Part shown: positions 1 through 11,877 of the stretch, piece after piece
Position numbering within the stretch: the stretch's first letter is position 1
Layout of the letters: each line of letters starts with the position of its first letter
Assembly: GCA_047495785.1 (NCBI GenBank)
Contig: JBLDXI010000036.1
Span: 186,001-250,000 of the forward strand
Direction of reading: 5' to 3'
DNA length: 64,000 nt
Source: Lepidodermella squamata
Lineage: Eukaryota; Animalia; Gastrotricha
Notes under the pieces: generated by a model
Seen by the model: only the letters and a program-made list of their open reading frames with translations
The model's database searches: none
What the model was told of the DNA's origin: nothing
Made by a program: the position numbers and the translations under genes

Positions 1-886
1 ACGTACACCTCCGAGCTGCTTGAAAACGATTGAAAGTGTTCGAGCACGCCGATATTTATTAATCTTTCAAAGATTACTATGAAATGTATACAATTATAAG
101 ACTGGAAACCCAATATGTTTTCGGTTTGTGATTCCAAAAAATTGGCGCGAATATAAGGATGTACACGAATAGAAGGAGCCTGTCTTTCATTAGTGTCAGT
201 CTTATGTACGAGCAAATACGGTACCTACTGTGATTATATTAATAATTCTCATAATAATTTTAAAAACTATGTTAAACAGCTCGACCTTAATAACTATTTG
301 ACTTCAGTAGTGAGGCGCCGTGACATTTAGTACCTATGACCATTTCGCCACTGTTGTTCGCGAACAAGAAGAAGAATGAATAATAAATAATAAAGTTCCG
401 GCGGAACTCTTTCATCAAGATCCGTTACCAACGATCTCTGCGCAAGTGCAAGCGAAACAATTGGCTATAGGTAGTTATGCAGTCTGGCTTGGTCTCATTG
501 AGTCGCCTCAGGGCGCGTTCAAGTAAAGACCCTGAGTTTATCTTGTCCAATGCTTAAATTGTGAAATTTGAAAGTAAAGCTGGAACTATTGGATTAGATT
601 GGAGTTTGTTTCTTGTTATCTATAATTATTGGCAACGTCAATAAACTGAAAACATGGTAGACATTGCGCCTGATCGGATTACGGACTAAGGACGAAGAAA
701 TTAGGTATATATCTCAATCGCTAATACAGACAGCTCTCATACTTTCTGGCCCGTATGCCTCGGCCACGGTTATGTCTTATGATAATGCTTCGTAGGATCA
801 AGACAAATTCTCAATCCCTGAAACGTTGAGCGAACTACATAGGGATAAAAAAGGATGATGATCACTGTGTTTATTCTCAGCATGTA

Positions 887-3220
887 CTAAACAGTTACAG
901 GCACTTCAGAGTAGAACAAATATGGGTATCTTGGCACAACGCCAAACAAAAAAATCGGTGTGATGATAATGAGAGTAATGTAAGAAAACAAGACAAATCG
1001 GTCCATAACATCAGCGATGAATTCCCACCGTTGAATTCGATAGATTTCCAACGTAATTTGCAGATCGTGATCCGCCTTGTCACTGCCAAACATTTTCTTA
1101 TCCGGATTTGTCTCAGTCGCGATCTGAATGTCGTGCTGGAAAATCGAATAGAAGCTACTGCGTAACATTTTCTCATACTCATCGTGCTGTTCTTCCTTGG
1201 TCGTTGGTAATCTCGGTTTTTTAACGCGGAAAACCGGCGCGAGAAAACACGCGGCATTGTACAACCACTCGGGCACAACCTGCTGCCGCCTTTGGTCACG
1301 GCTCTTCCGGAAGCAGATAAAGACCAAACCCTCGCCTAACATAGCTAGGCATATGTAAAGCATCGATAGATCAATGTAGTAGCACAGCAACGGGATTTTG
1401 TCAGAGGTTCGAGGTATGTCATCGATTATCATAAGCTGGAAAACGCCGTAGGCCAGGAGGCATGTGAAGGACAGCTCCAACTTTTCGCTGTCATCAACCG
1501 CAGCGGCGAATGTCGCAACTTCCGCCAGCGAAATTATCAAACTAGGCACGATAACATTGATAAGGTAGTACCCAATCTTCCTCTGAAGGACGAGGTCGAA
1601 TTCAACCCTGGAAAACGTATTGGTCGGGATGACGTACTGGACCCGTTTCACCCGTTGATCTGTACTAACAAGTGACCACTGTTCGTTCTCGATCCACCAC
1701 CTCTTCTGAATTGTGTCGCCGAAGTGGAAAACTTGGAATTCGACTGTGTACCGCCAGCTTTCCATGATAAAAGTGCAATTTTGGGTATCGAAAGGGAACA
1801 ATCGGATGTCGAAGTCACAGAATGCCTTAAAGGTCCCACCTGGCCGGTATGAGATGTAACCGTTGCTTGAGACTCGCACCATTTCCTGGTCGTGCATGAG
1901 CAACAGCTCGTAATGTTGTTCAGAGTTTATCATGGCGATTTCAGGGATCCAGATTTGTCTCTGCGGTGTTGTAACGCTGGGTACGCAGCAGTGGGGAAAG
2001 GTTCGGTTCCAGGTGTGAAATTCATCGAACCAATACTGAAATGGAGGACAGGAATGGGAGGGGGTTTTGAAATTATCGATAAGAAACCTACAAACAGCAG
2101 GTATCCAGACAGTTTCAGAGCTTTGTCTCGCTCAATCTAAGAAAATCATTGGTATATAAAATTGCAATAATTAATCCAGATTTTCTTTCGACGAGCCTTC
2201 CATTTGAAGAGTTCGAGCATAATTTCTGACATCTATGATAATTCTATTTCTGAGGCTTTGATGGATTGGTAATACTACTCTGATGGATGATGGATTGTTT
2301 CCGTCATTAGGACTTGCACCCAGTCCAGATAACCCCTCAGATACACAGTAGCTCATAAACTGAGACACGGTACCTCATATTCACGGTGCGAAGGACAGGG
2401 AAGCTGGGGTGTCGCGACACCCCAGCTCTGGGACTCCAAACCCGAGGAAGGCAGAAGAAACCACAGGGGGGATTCTCGGCCAGGTCCCAGAAATTAAGCA
2501 GAAAACACCTCAGCTCCCGGATCCTACTTCGCACACTGGCCACTCTAATATTGTGATAATAAATTTTACCTCACTGTTCTCTATCCCCATTCGTCAAGCT
2601 TTATATGTAGTTTCATTTATATGTATAACTCTAAAAGGTTCAGCTTCACAGAAATTCGGGATTCAATCTTAATCTTACTCTATCTATTGACCTTGGGACA
2701 TAAAACTGCGACTTTATCGGAAAGACTCGAGACCACTGCGAGACCAGCATAACAGTTGGGGTTAACGATCCCTAGATTCCGTTTAATTGGAATAAATTGA
2801 AGCGGAGAATGGTGAATGGTTCAGGGGTTAGGCAAAAATCTAAACCGGTGTCGCCGAAAAAGTTGTCAGAACGTTTTCATCTAGGCTAAAAATTCCGTGT
2901 TTGCTTACCACATCGTTGATGGTCGACAAAACGAGGCGAACTTCAATGTTTATCGGCTTGTTACTGCGCTTCAGAGGCCTCACCCAAGTCTCATGTTTGC
3001 CAAATACGTCTCGCGCGATGACATCCTCACTAATAGAGACATTGCGACACAGCGGCGAATTAGCTGAAACGGCCTGCTTTAATTTCTGCGGAACTATAAC
3101 TTCATCGCCGTTTTCGTCTATCGTAACATTGTACCATAAACTCTGGCCTGAAGTTGCTGCGATCACGTGGATCACGAAACAGAAGAGAATTTTCGCGAAA
3201 TTATGCGAGGTCAAAATCAT
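887..3220 (-). CDS. Cys-loop ligand-gated ion channel subunit, nAChR-like non-alpha, copy 1 (~501 aa; exons 3220-2909, 2136-2092, 2035-887)
   Basis: Signal peptide MILTSHNFAKILFCFVIHVIAA; VRP motif; 45-nt exon as in nAChR genes; Cys-loop CDFDIRLFPFDTQNC; loop B SWRY; four TM segments; SEK at the M2 start. All introns GT-AG, phase 0. Confidence 0.93.
2382..2538. mobile_element. Short hAT-like MITE containing the palindrome AGCTGGGGTGTCGCGACACCCCAGCT, in channel intron 1
   Basis: Ends CACGGTGCGAAG ... CTTCGCACACTG (imperfect TIR). The same left end and palindrome core recur from 34117; related ends at 57109 and 63440. Absent from the paralogous intron. Confidence 0.55.
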
Positions 3221-4610
3221 GTTTTTTGACAAGATGAATGTCTCAATGTATGCTGGCTTGCGGCGATCTGAGAACAACAAATTGTGTAGTTAATTGAGCT
3301 GGTTCAATTGCTTGCGGTTGTTGTGATAAGTGCGTCACGGAAAAAAATACGCTTTAATATTTTATGATGGCGAGCCGTCGATTTGATTCGATGTCAAGTG
3401 CGATCACTTTATGTTTTATTTTATATTTAACCAGACATGAATTAATAAATCTGAGGACAAATATCTTATTCAGCTATTATAAGAGTGATCTCGGGTACTT
3501 CCTAGAAATTTCTCGAGAGCAATCTAAAATTGAATTATTTTCCGAATCGCGGAATTCTTACCATTCGGTTCAGATTTCAAGCCAAGGTTAGTGATTTTCT
3601 TGTCTCATTATTTCGATACATTAATTCCATCTACTGCGCCTACCACTCAACCATCAGGCAGCTTCTATCTCGATGAAGTCAGAATATTCTGTTAATCACG
3701 TAGGATCATGGCTAGGAAAAGCTAACAGCTCCACACTTATGTCTCTAATCAGCCTAGCATGTGCATTGGCGACTCAGTTTTGCTTCGAGATACAAATCAG
3801 CTAATAAACCTAGTTCATTCCTAGCCGCGTAGAGAACATGAAGAACTCGCACTGGAACTTTGAAATATGAATTCAAAGCGGTTTTTAAGCAGGATCTTCT
3901 CGCTAAATGCATGATACCACAGTCCATTCAGCCATCCGAGCATTCGGCCACAGTCCATGGTCCCGTTTCACTCGATCATCAGCCATTTTTAAACTAATTT
4001 CAACCAGAAATGCGTTAGCTCATCTTTAGCCATTTGGTAATGGAACTCGCTCAGCTTTAGCAATTAACTCAGGTTTTCCCTAGGCCCATTCTTGAGCATT
4101 ATTTCGTGATCTTTGGTCTATTAGAAAGGGGAAACAGTCCAAGTTAAGAAACAAGAGATTCGAGATGTCGAGAGCCTGTCGGCTCCGTTATTGACCTTCG
4201 TTTTCAAGGCCTGTGGAATTAGGTCCTTAATTAAGTTAGGCTGAATCTAGAGTATTTCCATCGCTTCATTCCATCAGTCCATCCTATCAATTCCATTGCT
4301 TCATTCACGCCGAGTTAACTTACTGAAATTTTGAACATCAAGGCTGCTGAATGGCCTCACATTTCAGCCTACAAAGCTCGCAATCGCTTCCATTATCGCA
4401 GTTCAGCTGCCACACCCTGACACATCTCAATCATATATCGAAGGCCTCATGAATCTCAATAGACGAAACTCAATTGGGCTGATCGAAAAGCATCAAGTCA
4501 GTCAAGCGGGATAGAACAGTTGATAGTGGATGCGAGCTAGAGGTTGTGTAACGCTTTTTGAGACACTGAAAGCAATGCTATTGATGATTTGACTGTATTT
4601 AGTCTCTTAG

Positions 4611-6588
4611 CTAAACTGTCACAGGCTGCTCAGAGTAGAACAAATATGGATACATAGGCACAATGCCAAACAAGAAAATCGGTGTGATGATAATGAGTGT
4701 GATATAAGAAAACAAAACAAATCGGTCCATAACATCAGCGATGAATTCCCATCGTTGAATTCGATAGATTTCCAAAGTAAGCTGCCGGTCATGAGCCGCC
4801 TTATCGCTGCCGAACATTTTCTTATCAGGATTCGTCTCAGTCGCGATTTGGATATCGTGTTGAAAAATCGAATAGTAGCTACCACGCAGCATTTTCTCAT
4901 ATTCATCGTCCTGTTCTTCCTTCGTCGTAGGCAATCGCGGCTGTTTCACGCTAAAAACCGGCGCGACAAAGCAAGCGACACCATACAGAAACTCTGGGAC
5001 AACCTGTTGGTGCCGTTGGTCACGGCCTTTCCGGAAGCAAATGAAGACCAGCCCTTCGCCTAACATCGCTAGGCATATGTAAAGCATCGATAAATCGATG
5101 TAGTAGCACAACAACGGGATCTTGTCCGAGGTTCGAGGTATGTCGTCGATTATCATAAGTTGGAAAACGCCGTAGGCCAAGAGGCATGTGAAGGACAGTT
5201 CCAACTTCTCGCTGTCGTGAACCTCAACGGCAAATGTCGCAACTTCCGCCAGGGAAATTATCACACTAGGCACGATAACATTGATAAGGTAGTACCCAAT
5301 CTTTCTTCGAATTACCAGGTCGAACTCAACCCGGGAAAACGTGTTTGTCGGTATGACGTACTGAACTTGCTTCAGCCTTTGATCCGTTCTGACCAGGGAC
5401 CATTGTTCGTTCTCGATCCACCACCTTTTCTGAATTGTATCGCCGAAACGGAACACCTGAAATTCGACTGTGTACCGCCAGCTTTCCATGATTAGCGTGC
5501 AGTTTTGGGTATCGAAAGGGAACAATCGAATGTCGAAGTCGCAGAAAGCTTTGAAGGTGCCACCCGGCCGGTAAGAGACGTAGCCGTTGCTGGAAACTCG
5601 CGCCATTTCTTGATCGTGCATAAGCAGAAGTTCGTAGTGTTGTTCGGAGTTGATCATCGCGATTTCAGGGATCCAGATCTCCTTTTGGGGGACGGTTACG
5701 CTAGGCACGCAGCAGTGGGGGAATGTTCGGTTCCAAGTGTGAAATTCATCGAACCAATACTAAGTCATGGAAAAATGACGTGGTCTCGAGTTTATTTGAT
5801 TAGGAACTTACAAAAAGCAGATATCCAGATATCTTCAGAGCTTTGTCTCGCTCAATCTGTAAATAGGAAATGATTTTTCACTTTTCAATATTCAAGAATT
5901 GGATGAGCCTTTGGCCTTAGATAAATTCCTATTCCCTGAGGTAAAATGACGAATTTAGAAATGTACAGGATTTTTCCAACATTTTGCCAAATTTGTCGAG
6001 GATTTTTGAAGGTACTAGACACCCAATTACAGTGCCGGATTTTCTTGTAGCCCGAATCCCGAATGTACCAAAATGAAGGAGTTTTAGGTAATCAACACAG
6101 AAAGACGTATATGAAGGTAAACTGAACATAATACAAATACAAAATCCCGGACAAGTATAGGATAGGATGGTTTGGTTACTTTTGTGGCCATAAGATCCTT
6201 TACTGAACACTGAATATCGTACTGCTTTTCAGGTTCAGGCTTTCTCTATTCAACCGTTACAAGTAAGTTTCCGGCTTACCACGTCGTTGATGGTCGACAG
6301 TACGAGGCGAACTTCAACGCTCATTGGCCTGCTGCTGCGCTTCAGAGGCCTCACCCACGTTTTATGCTTGCCAAAAATATCCTCCGCAACGACATTCTCG
6401 CTGACCGTGATATTTCGACAAATCGGCGAATTTGGGGGGATGGCTTGCTTCAATCTCTGCGGAATTATGACTTCATCGCCATTTTCGTCTATAGTAACAT
6501 TGTAACGGAAACTTTGGCCCGAAGTTGATCGGATCATGTGGATAAAAAATAAAAGAATGTTCGCGAAATTTTTCGAGGTCAAAGTCAT
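4611..6588 (-). CDS. Cys-loop ligand-gated ion channel subunit, nAChR-like non-alpha, copy 2 (~500 aa; exons 6588-6280, 5856-5812, 5759-4611)
   Basis: Same three-exon structure as copy 1 (309/45/1149 nt vs 312/45/1149 nt) with a highly similar protein; tandem paralogue. Confidence 0.93.
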
Positions 6589-7340
6589 TTTTTTCGTCTC
6601 GGCTCGCGGCGATCTCAGATCAACAAATGTAAATTGAGCTGGCTCAGTGGCTTGCGGTTGTTGTGATAAGTGCGTCACAGAATATATGAAAAGGCTTGAA
6701 TATTTGATGATGGCGAGCCGATGAAGAATCGATTTGATATCAAGTGCGATCGCTTGTATTCATGTAACCAGACATGAATTAACAAATCTAAGGACAAATA
6801 TCTTATTCATTCAAGTACGATCTCTGTGATTTTCTAGATAATTCTTGAGAACAAGATAAGAATTGCTATAAAAAGAACAAATCCTAACGTGTGGAATTGT
6901 CTATTTATTTGAGGTAGGTCTTTCCTTTAATGCGAATCTTTGTTTGACTATTTGATAGGTCTCGCCATAGTCTGTGCTAAGACTAGTTTTTGGCAGCGAT
7001 TCCTAATTGCTAATGCCTAGGAATCGATTACAGAAAACATCGATTTTTTTCTATGTTAGACGTGTTAGTAGCGAACTCTGAAGATGTCTGCTACCAAAAG
7101 CCAAAGAAGCCCAATGGTTTGAGGCACCTGAAAAGCTGAGATCACCAATCTTCGCTTTAATATCCAATTATTTTAATGCGAAAAAATAAAAATATGTCTT
7201 GAAATGATTTATTGCGAAATTGATTTCTAGAATTTTCGAGATTGCTTTTCCAGAAAGGGCAATAAAAATTACCATTTAATAACGATCTTTGGTAAAAAAA
7301 TTTTCCAGATATCACCATTTAATAGAAACAAATTCAGTTG

Positions 7341-8728
7341 GGGGGATGTGATCGAAGCAAATGTGTAAATTTTAGTTTAACCTGATATTTTTTAATTGAT
7401 TTCAAATTTTCGAAAGTGTGATCGAAGTAAATAAACTTAGGTTTTCGGGCGAAAATTACTTTATTTAAATAAAATCGCGCATTTCATAGTTTCGCAACAA
7501 TGGCGACGATTGTTGCATAACACTGTCTGTTCAGCACATGTACAGTAATTCGGATTTTTATGCTTTTTGTAGCTTTTATCGCACTCTGATTATTTGTCTG
7601 GACCTGCTTACAACATGGGCAAAAGGGAACATTCAATTTGAACTCTTATTTCATACAATTAGGGTGAAATTTGGCTAATGCAGCCTGAAGCGGATTTTCT
7701 TGGAATGGGAATATTTCTAGCGGGACTAGTCAGACCCGAAAGTGTTGCACTGTTCTCGCAGTTTAATACAGGCTCTCTTTATATTGCTGATAGTGTAAAT
7801 CAAACCAATATTATTGCCCGGATTGTTCATGAAAAGCTGCAGCTTCGATATATTTCGGAATTTTGATTCGTGTGGGTTGAAAGAAGGGAGAATAGGTAAT
7901 GCAAGCACATGGCTGACATCAAGATTATAATTTTCCAGAAATTTGCCTGATTTGAAAATTGGCAGCGGGGCAATCAACCTAAACATCTAGCTATGTATTT
8001 CGATTATTGATTTGGAAATTCATGAATAATTTCTGATATTAAATGCAGAATGACTGCCGATAAATCTGATAAGAACGCGATTTTCGCTGCTCGCTGATAC
8101 GGCCCTGATTTTATGGTCAGGTTAGGTTAGGGTCGGGGTTAGGGTTTGAGGCAAGCTTGTTTCGGGGTCCGAAAATACCAAAATACATATGGCCAAAATT
8201 TGCGCCATTTGTGGAAGCAACAAAATTCGCATCCATGTACGAGCATCGCTCAGCGAAATCGAAGATTTCGGTTACGTTTACTAGTACCTTAAAGTGAAAA
8301 AATTATGGCACTATTGCTGTCCTCGTAAGTGCTGCTGAAAACGTATCCCTGAACACGCGATGAATCAGCATATTCATTGTTGCGCAAGAGATTTCAGCTA
8401 AAAACTTGATTAATTTTGCGATAAAAAGCCATATTTTAATAAAATCTAAGTCCTGCCTCGAGCAAGACATAGATTTTATTTGATTTATGGTATTTTTCGT
8501 CGATTTCGAGCTATTTTTAGCCAAATTTATTAGAATAATGTCAAGAATGAGGTCAAAAAGTAAAAAGCAGGAGAATCAATTTGATTTCGCTCGGTTTTTA
8601 TTTAAAATTTGCCCCAAAGTAAATTTTCAAATTAATTTTGGCCGAAAACAGCGAATATTTAATAATTTTGGGTAAATTATAATAAATTCATACGAATAAT
8701 AAATTTTTTTGCTTCGATCACATCCCCC
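7341..8728. mobile_element. Non-autonomous PIF/Harbinger-like DNA transposon (1388 bp)
   Basis: Perfect 21-bp TIRs GGGGGATGTGATCGAAGCAAA (7341-7361, 8708-8728) flanked by 3-bp TSD TTG (7338-7340, 8729-8731); no transposase ORF. Confidence 0.8.
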
Positions 8729-9355
8729 TTGGAAAGATTAAATATGAAGAATTTTTGAAATAAATAAATTTCAAAGAAATTAAATTAAATTAAATTGAAT
8801 AATAAAATAAATTAAATTAAATAATCAATTTCTATTAAATTTTCGGGGATTGCATACTGCTCAATTAAAACCAAAATTGGAAGCTCGATTCATATAGCTT
8901 GGTCGATGGGCTAGTTCCAAATGAAATTCCGAAAAATTTGCGAAGCTTAAAAAATGGGATATTTCAATATAATTCGGATTCGGATATACCCAAAGTTGTG
9001 GCTGGTAAATAATTGCAAACTGAAAAAACCGAAATGCGGTGGGTGTATTTATTGGATAGCTATAACAGTTTAATAATTGTCTCGAGTGCCTCGCGCCCAC
9101 CAACGCTCGTACATATCCTCGATTTACGAGCCAAAAATATATGCTGAACAACTCCCCCTCCATTTCTAAAAATTCCGCCCAATAATTGAAGATGAGAAAT
9201 GTGTGGGGAAAATTTTAATTCAATTATATCGCCAACGTATCAATCATTTACGGAAATTTCGCGCTTAGAAACTAAAATCAAATCCCTAGCAACCGATGTT
9301 GAAAAATCGACAAAAAATATTTTCCATCATTTATTCACAAAAAAATTGTATCGAT

Positions 9356-11206
9356 TCAAAGTCCGGAGTTATAGCCCATCGGAATTCCGAAGCCGAAATC
9401 GTTCGGGCCAATTTTGTTGTAGTAATGAAACGAGCACTGCGTTGACCCGGATTGAAACGAAACCCGCCTGCCATAGCCATAACCATCGACCTTATTCTTG
9501 TTATTATGCTGAAACCGCAGCGTTGGAACAAGCGAGTACAACGACGCCATCTCGCCAAAGCCGCTTCGGGGTATAATTAACCTGTCCATGCGGGTCAGCG
9601 CGTACCAATCTAAAAAGGTCTTCGCGCCGAACAGCCATAATTCACTTTTATTAAGGCGGCTGTCAGGTCGTGACCTAGACGAGTGAACGGTCACTAAATT
9701 GGCGCAATAATCCGCGCTGTTCGCCACCTTAATAAAATAATTAGAAGCGGCGTGACCTAATTTTCGCTCGAGGCCTTGCGTGAATAGTGACCTAGTTTCA
9801 TTTTCTGACCTGTCCATAGTCAGGAAAATTATAACGTTTTTCGGGCCGCTTTTAGTAATAAAATCAGCTGCGATTTCGCCGAAGCACGTGACCTGATTGC
9901 CGGACACCCTGGTCGCATTTACGTCGCCTCGCCGAATTTGAACGCCGATTTTTAAGGAGTCAGACCAGAATTTTTCGCCGCCTAATGGGTCGACCAGGCA
10001 TTTTCTGAATAAATTCGCGAGTTCATCGCCAGGCCGGGGCAGGAGGGTTCGAAAAGCTGCAGATGCCAGAATTGATCCGTCGATTTTTTCTTGAATAAAA
10101 TGCTGGAAAACAGGGTGGAAACTCGGGTTTTTCAACAAACCAGCGATTCCTGTCATCGAATTAGCTCGAATTATTACGAAATTTCGATTTGATAAGTTAA
10201 AAGGTAATTTCGGGTTCGCTGCCCATTTTTCTAGCATTTTCTCGCCAGGTTGATTCCGGAAAATTACCGCAGACCCATTGTCGGTTTTTCGTGATTTTTC
10301 CACAATTTCCTGGTATTTTTCACGTGCGATTTTGTAGGCTTCGAAATTGATGCCCTGCGGGAAGTAATCGGTCAATTTATTGCGGTAATTCCATTGAACG
10401 TGGAAAGGTCGATGAAGGCCGATTGCGAGGTAGAATATGCTGGCCATGCCTCGTAAACGATCAGCAAATCCGACTTCTTTCATACTTTCCGAAGTGATGA
10501 ACTATTAAAATATAAAATTTTAATAGAATTATCCGATATTATTCGTCAGATTAATAATTGAAAGAAATAAATTTGTAAATAATTTTAGCAATCCTGGATT
10601 AAATTTCTTGAAATTTTAATAAAAATTCAGAAAAATGCTTCAAGGTTGGAAAAATTCGAAGCAAAGCTAAAAAATTGGTTCAACTGAATTTTTGAGAAAC
10701 ATTAGCGAATTTTTATATTGTGAGCCAGAGACATTATTTTGAGAAATTTTTACAATTTCGAAATTTCTTAGAGAATTTTTTCGAGATCAGTAGAATTTTT
10801 TTCCCAAATTCAATTTCATAGATTTGATGGGCTGAAGCTTGAGAATTATTCAAACCTGAACGATTTCCTCATTCGAATTCCTCAGCTTGTAAGAAATCGG
10901 ATCCAACCAGAATTTCCGGATAGCCTCTACGAATTTTTCGGTTTGCTGGTTCCGAATTGCCAGATCAGCTTCGATTTCCTCATCGGAAATCAGTGGACCA
11001 GAACCAAGGCTACTTTCATTTTTCAACAAAATCGCATCGATCATTCGATCCCATTTAGCCTCAATCTTCTCCTTAGGAATTCCAACATAATTTTCTGGAG
11101 CGATTTCGATATTTTGGCTCTGGAAATCTTGAATGAAGAACAAAATAGCGAAGAGGCAAGCAATAATCGCAAGAGCGATCGTATTTTTCAAATTTACTCT
11201 AGCCAT
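9356..11206 (-). CDS. Fucosyltransferase-like GT-B glycosyltransferase, type II membrane (~498 aa; exons 11206-10856, 10501-9356)
   Basis: N-terminal signal-anchor TIALAIIACLFAILFFI; GFADRLRG; motif I IGVQIRRGD; motif II IFLTMD; motif III DWYALTRMDRLIIPRSGFG, as in the alpha-1,2/alpha-1,6/O-FucT superfamily; in-frame phase-0 intron. Confidence 0.8.
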
Positions 11207-11770
11207 TCATGAAGCAGAATAAAAGCATTACAATAAATTCGAAAAAAAATTCCATCAATAGGAGCACGTGAAAAAATCGATATTCAGGAGTAGCCAATGA
11301 AAAAATACGATTTTATGAAATATATCTTGAAAGTATGAATAAATAATGAAAATATTTTTTCAGACATTTTTATATAAAAATTTTGAAGATTAATATTTTC
11401 ATTAAAATAAAAGAATTGATTTCTAATATAGCCCCTCGATTATCGAATTGTTTACAAAATCGATTTTAGCACCAGCCAGTAACAGATCAAAAATTGTCTG
11501 AGATGACTCATTGTATTTTACCCAGCTGAATGTGTTAAAAAAATCTTTGGCATTTCTTCAAGGTAAATAAATCGCAAATCGCAATAAGCATTAACACGAT
11601 GATTAATTATTGCTGCTGCAATCTGAGAATAGACGATTAGTTTTTCCGATCGATGCGTGCTCTATAGATACGTGCGAGTAATCTAAACAATTTGGACAAT
11701 TTGCGGCATGAATAAATAACAGCGCAGGGTGTTGAATAAATAGCAACCGGCCAGCTATCACCCTGGAACC

Positions 11771-11778
11771 TATATAAA
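11771..11778 (+). promoter_or_regulatory. TATA box of the ankyrin gene
   Basis: TATATAAA ~100 nt upstream of the ATG at 11878; AATAAA at 13823 after the stop. Confidence 0.5.
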
Positions 11779-11877
11779 CCAGCGAAGCGTGGCACTTGAA
11801 TCTGTAAATCACAGCATTTTCTCGAATTACTCGCAATTTTTTGGTATAATATTAAGTACGGAAATAACTGGGTCACG

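Noticed and set aside
395-530. Possible CTLD fragment (GGTLSS...VWLGL)
   Set aside because: Motifs lie in different frames and are too short to support a call.
895-6505. Antisense and alternative-frame ORFs overlapping the channel genes (likewise across the protease and lectin exons)
   Set aside because: Shadow ORFs of real coding exons with no independent features.
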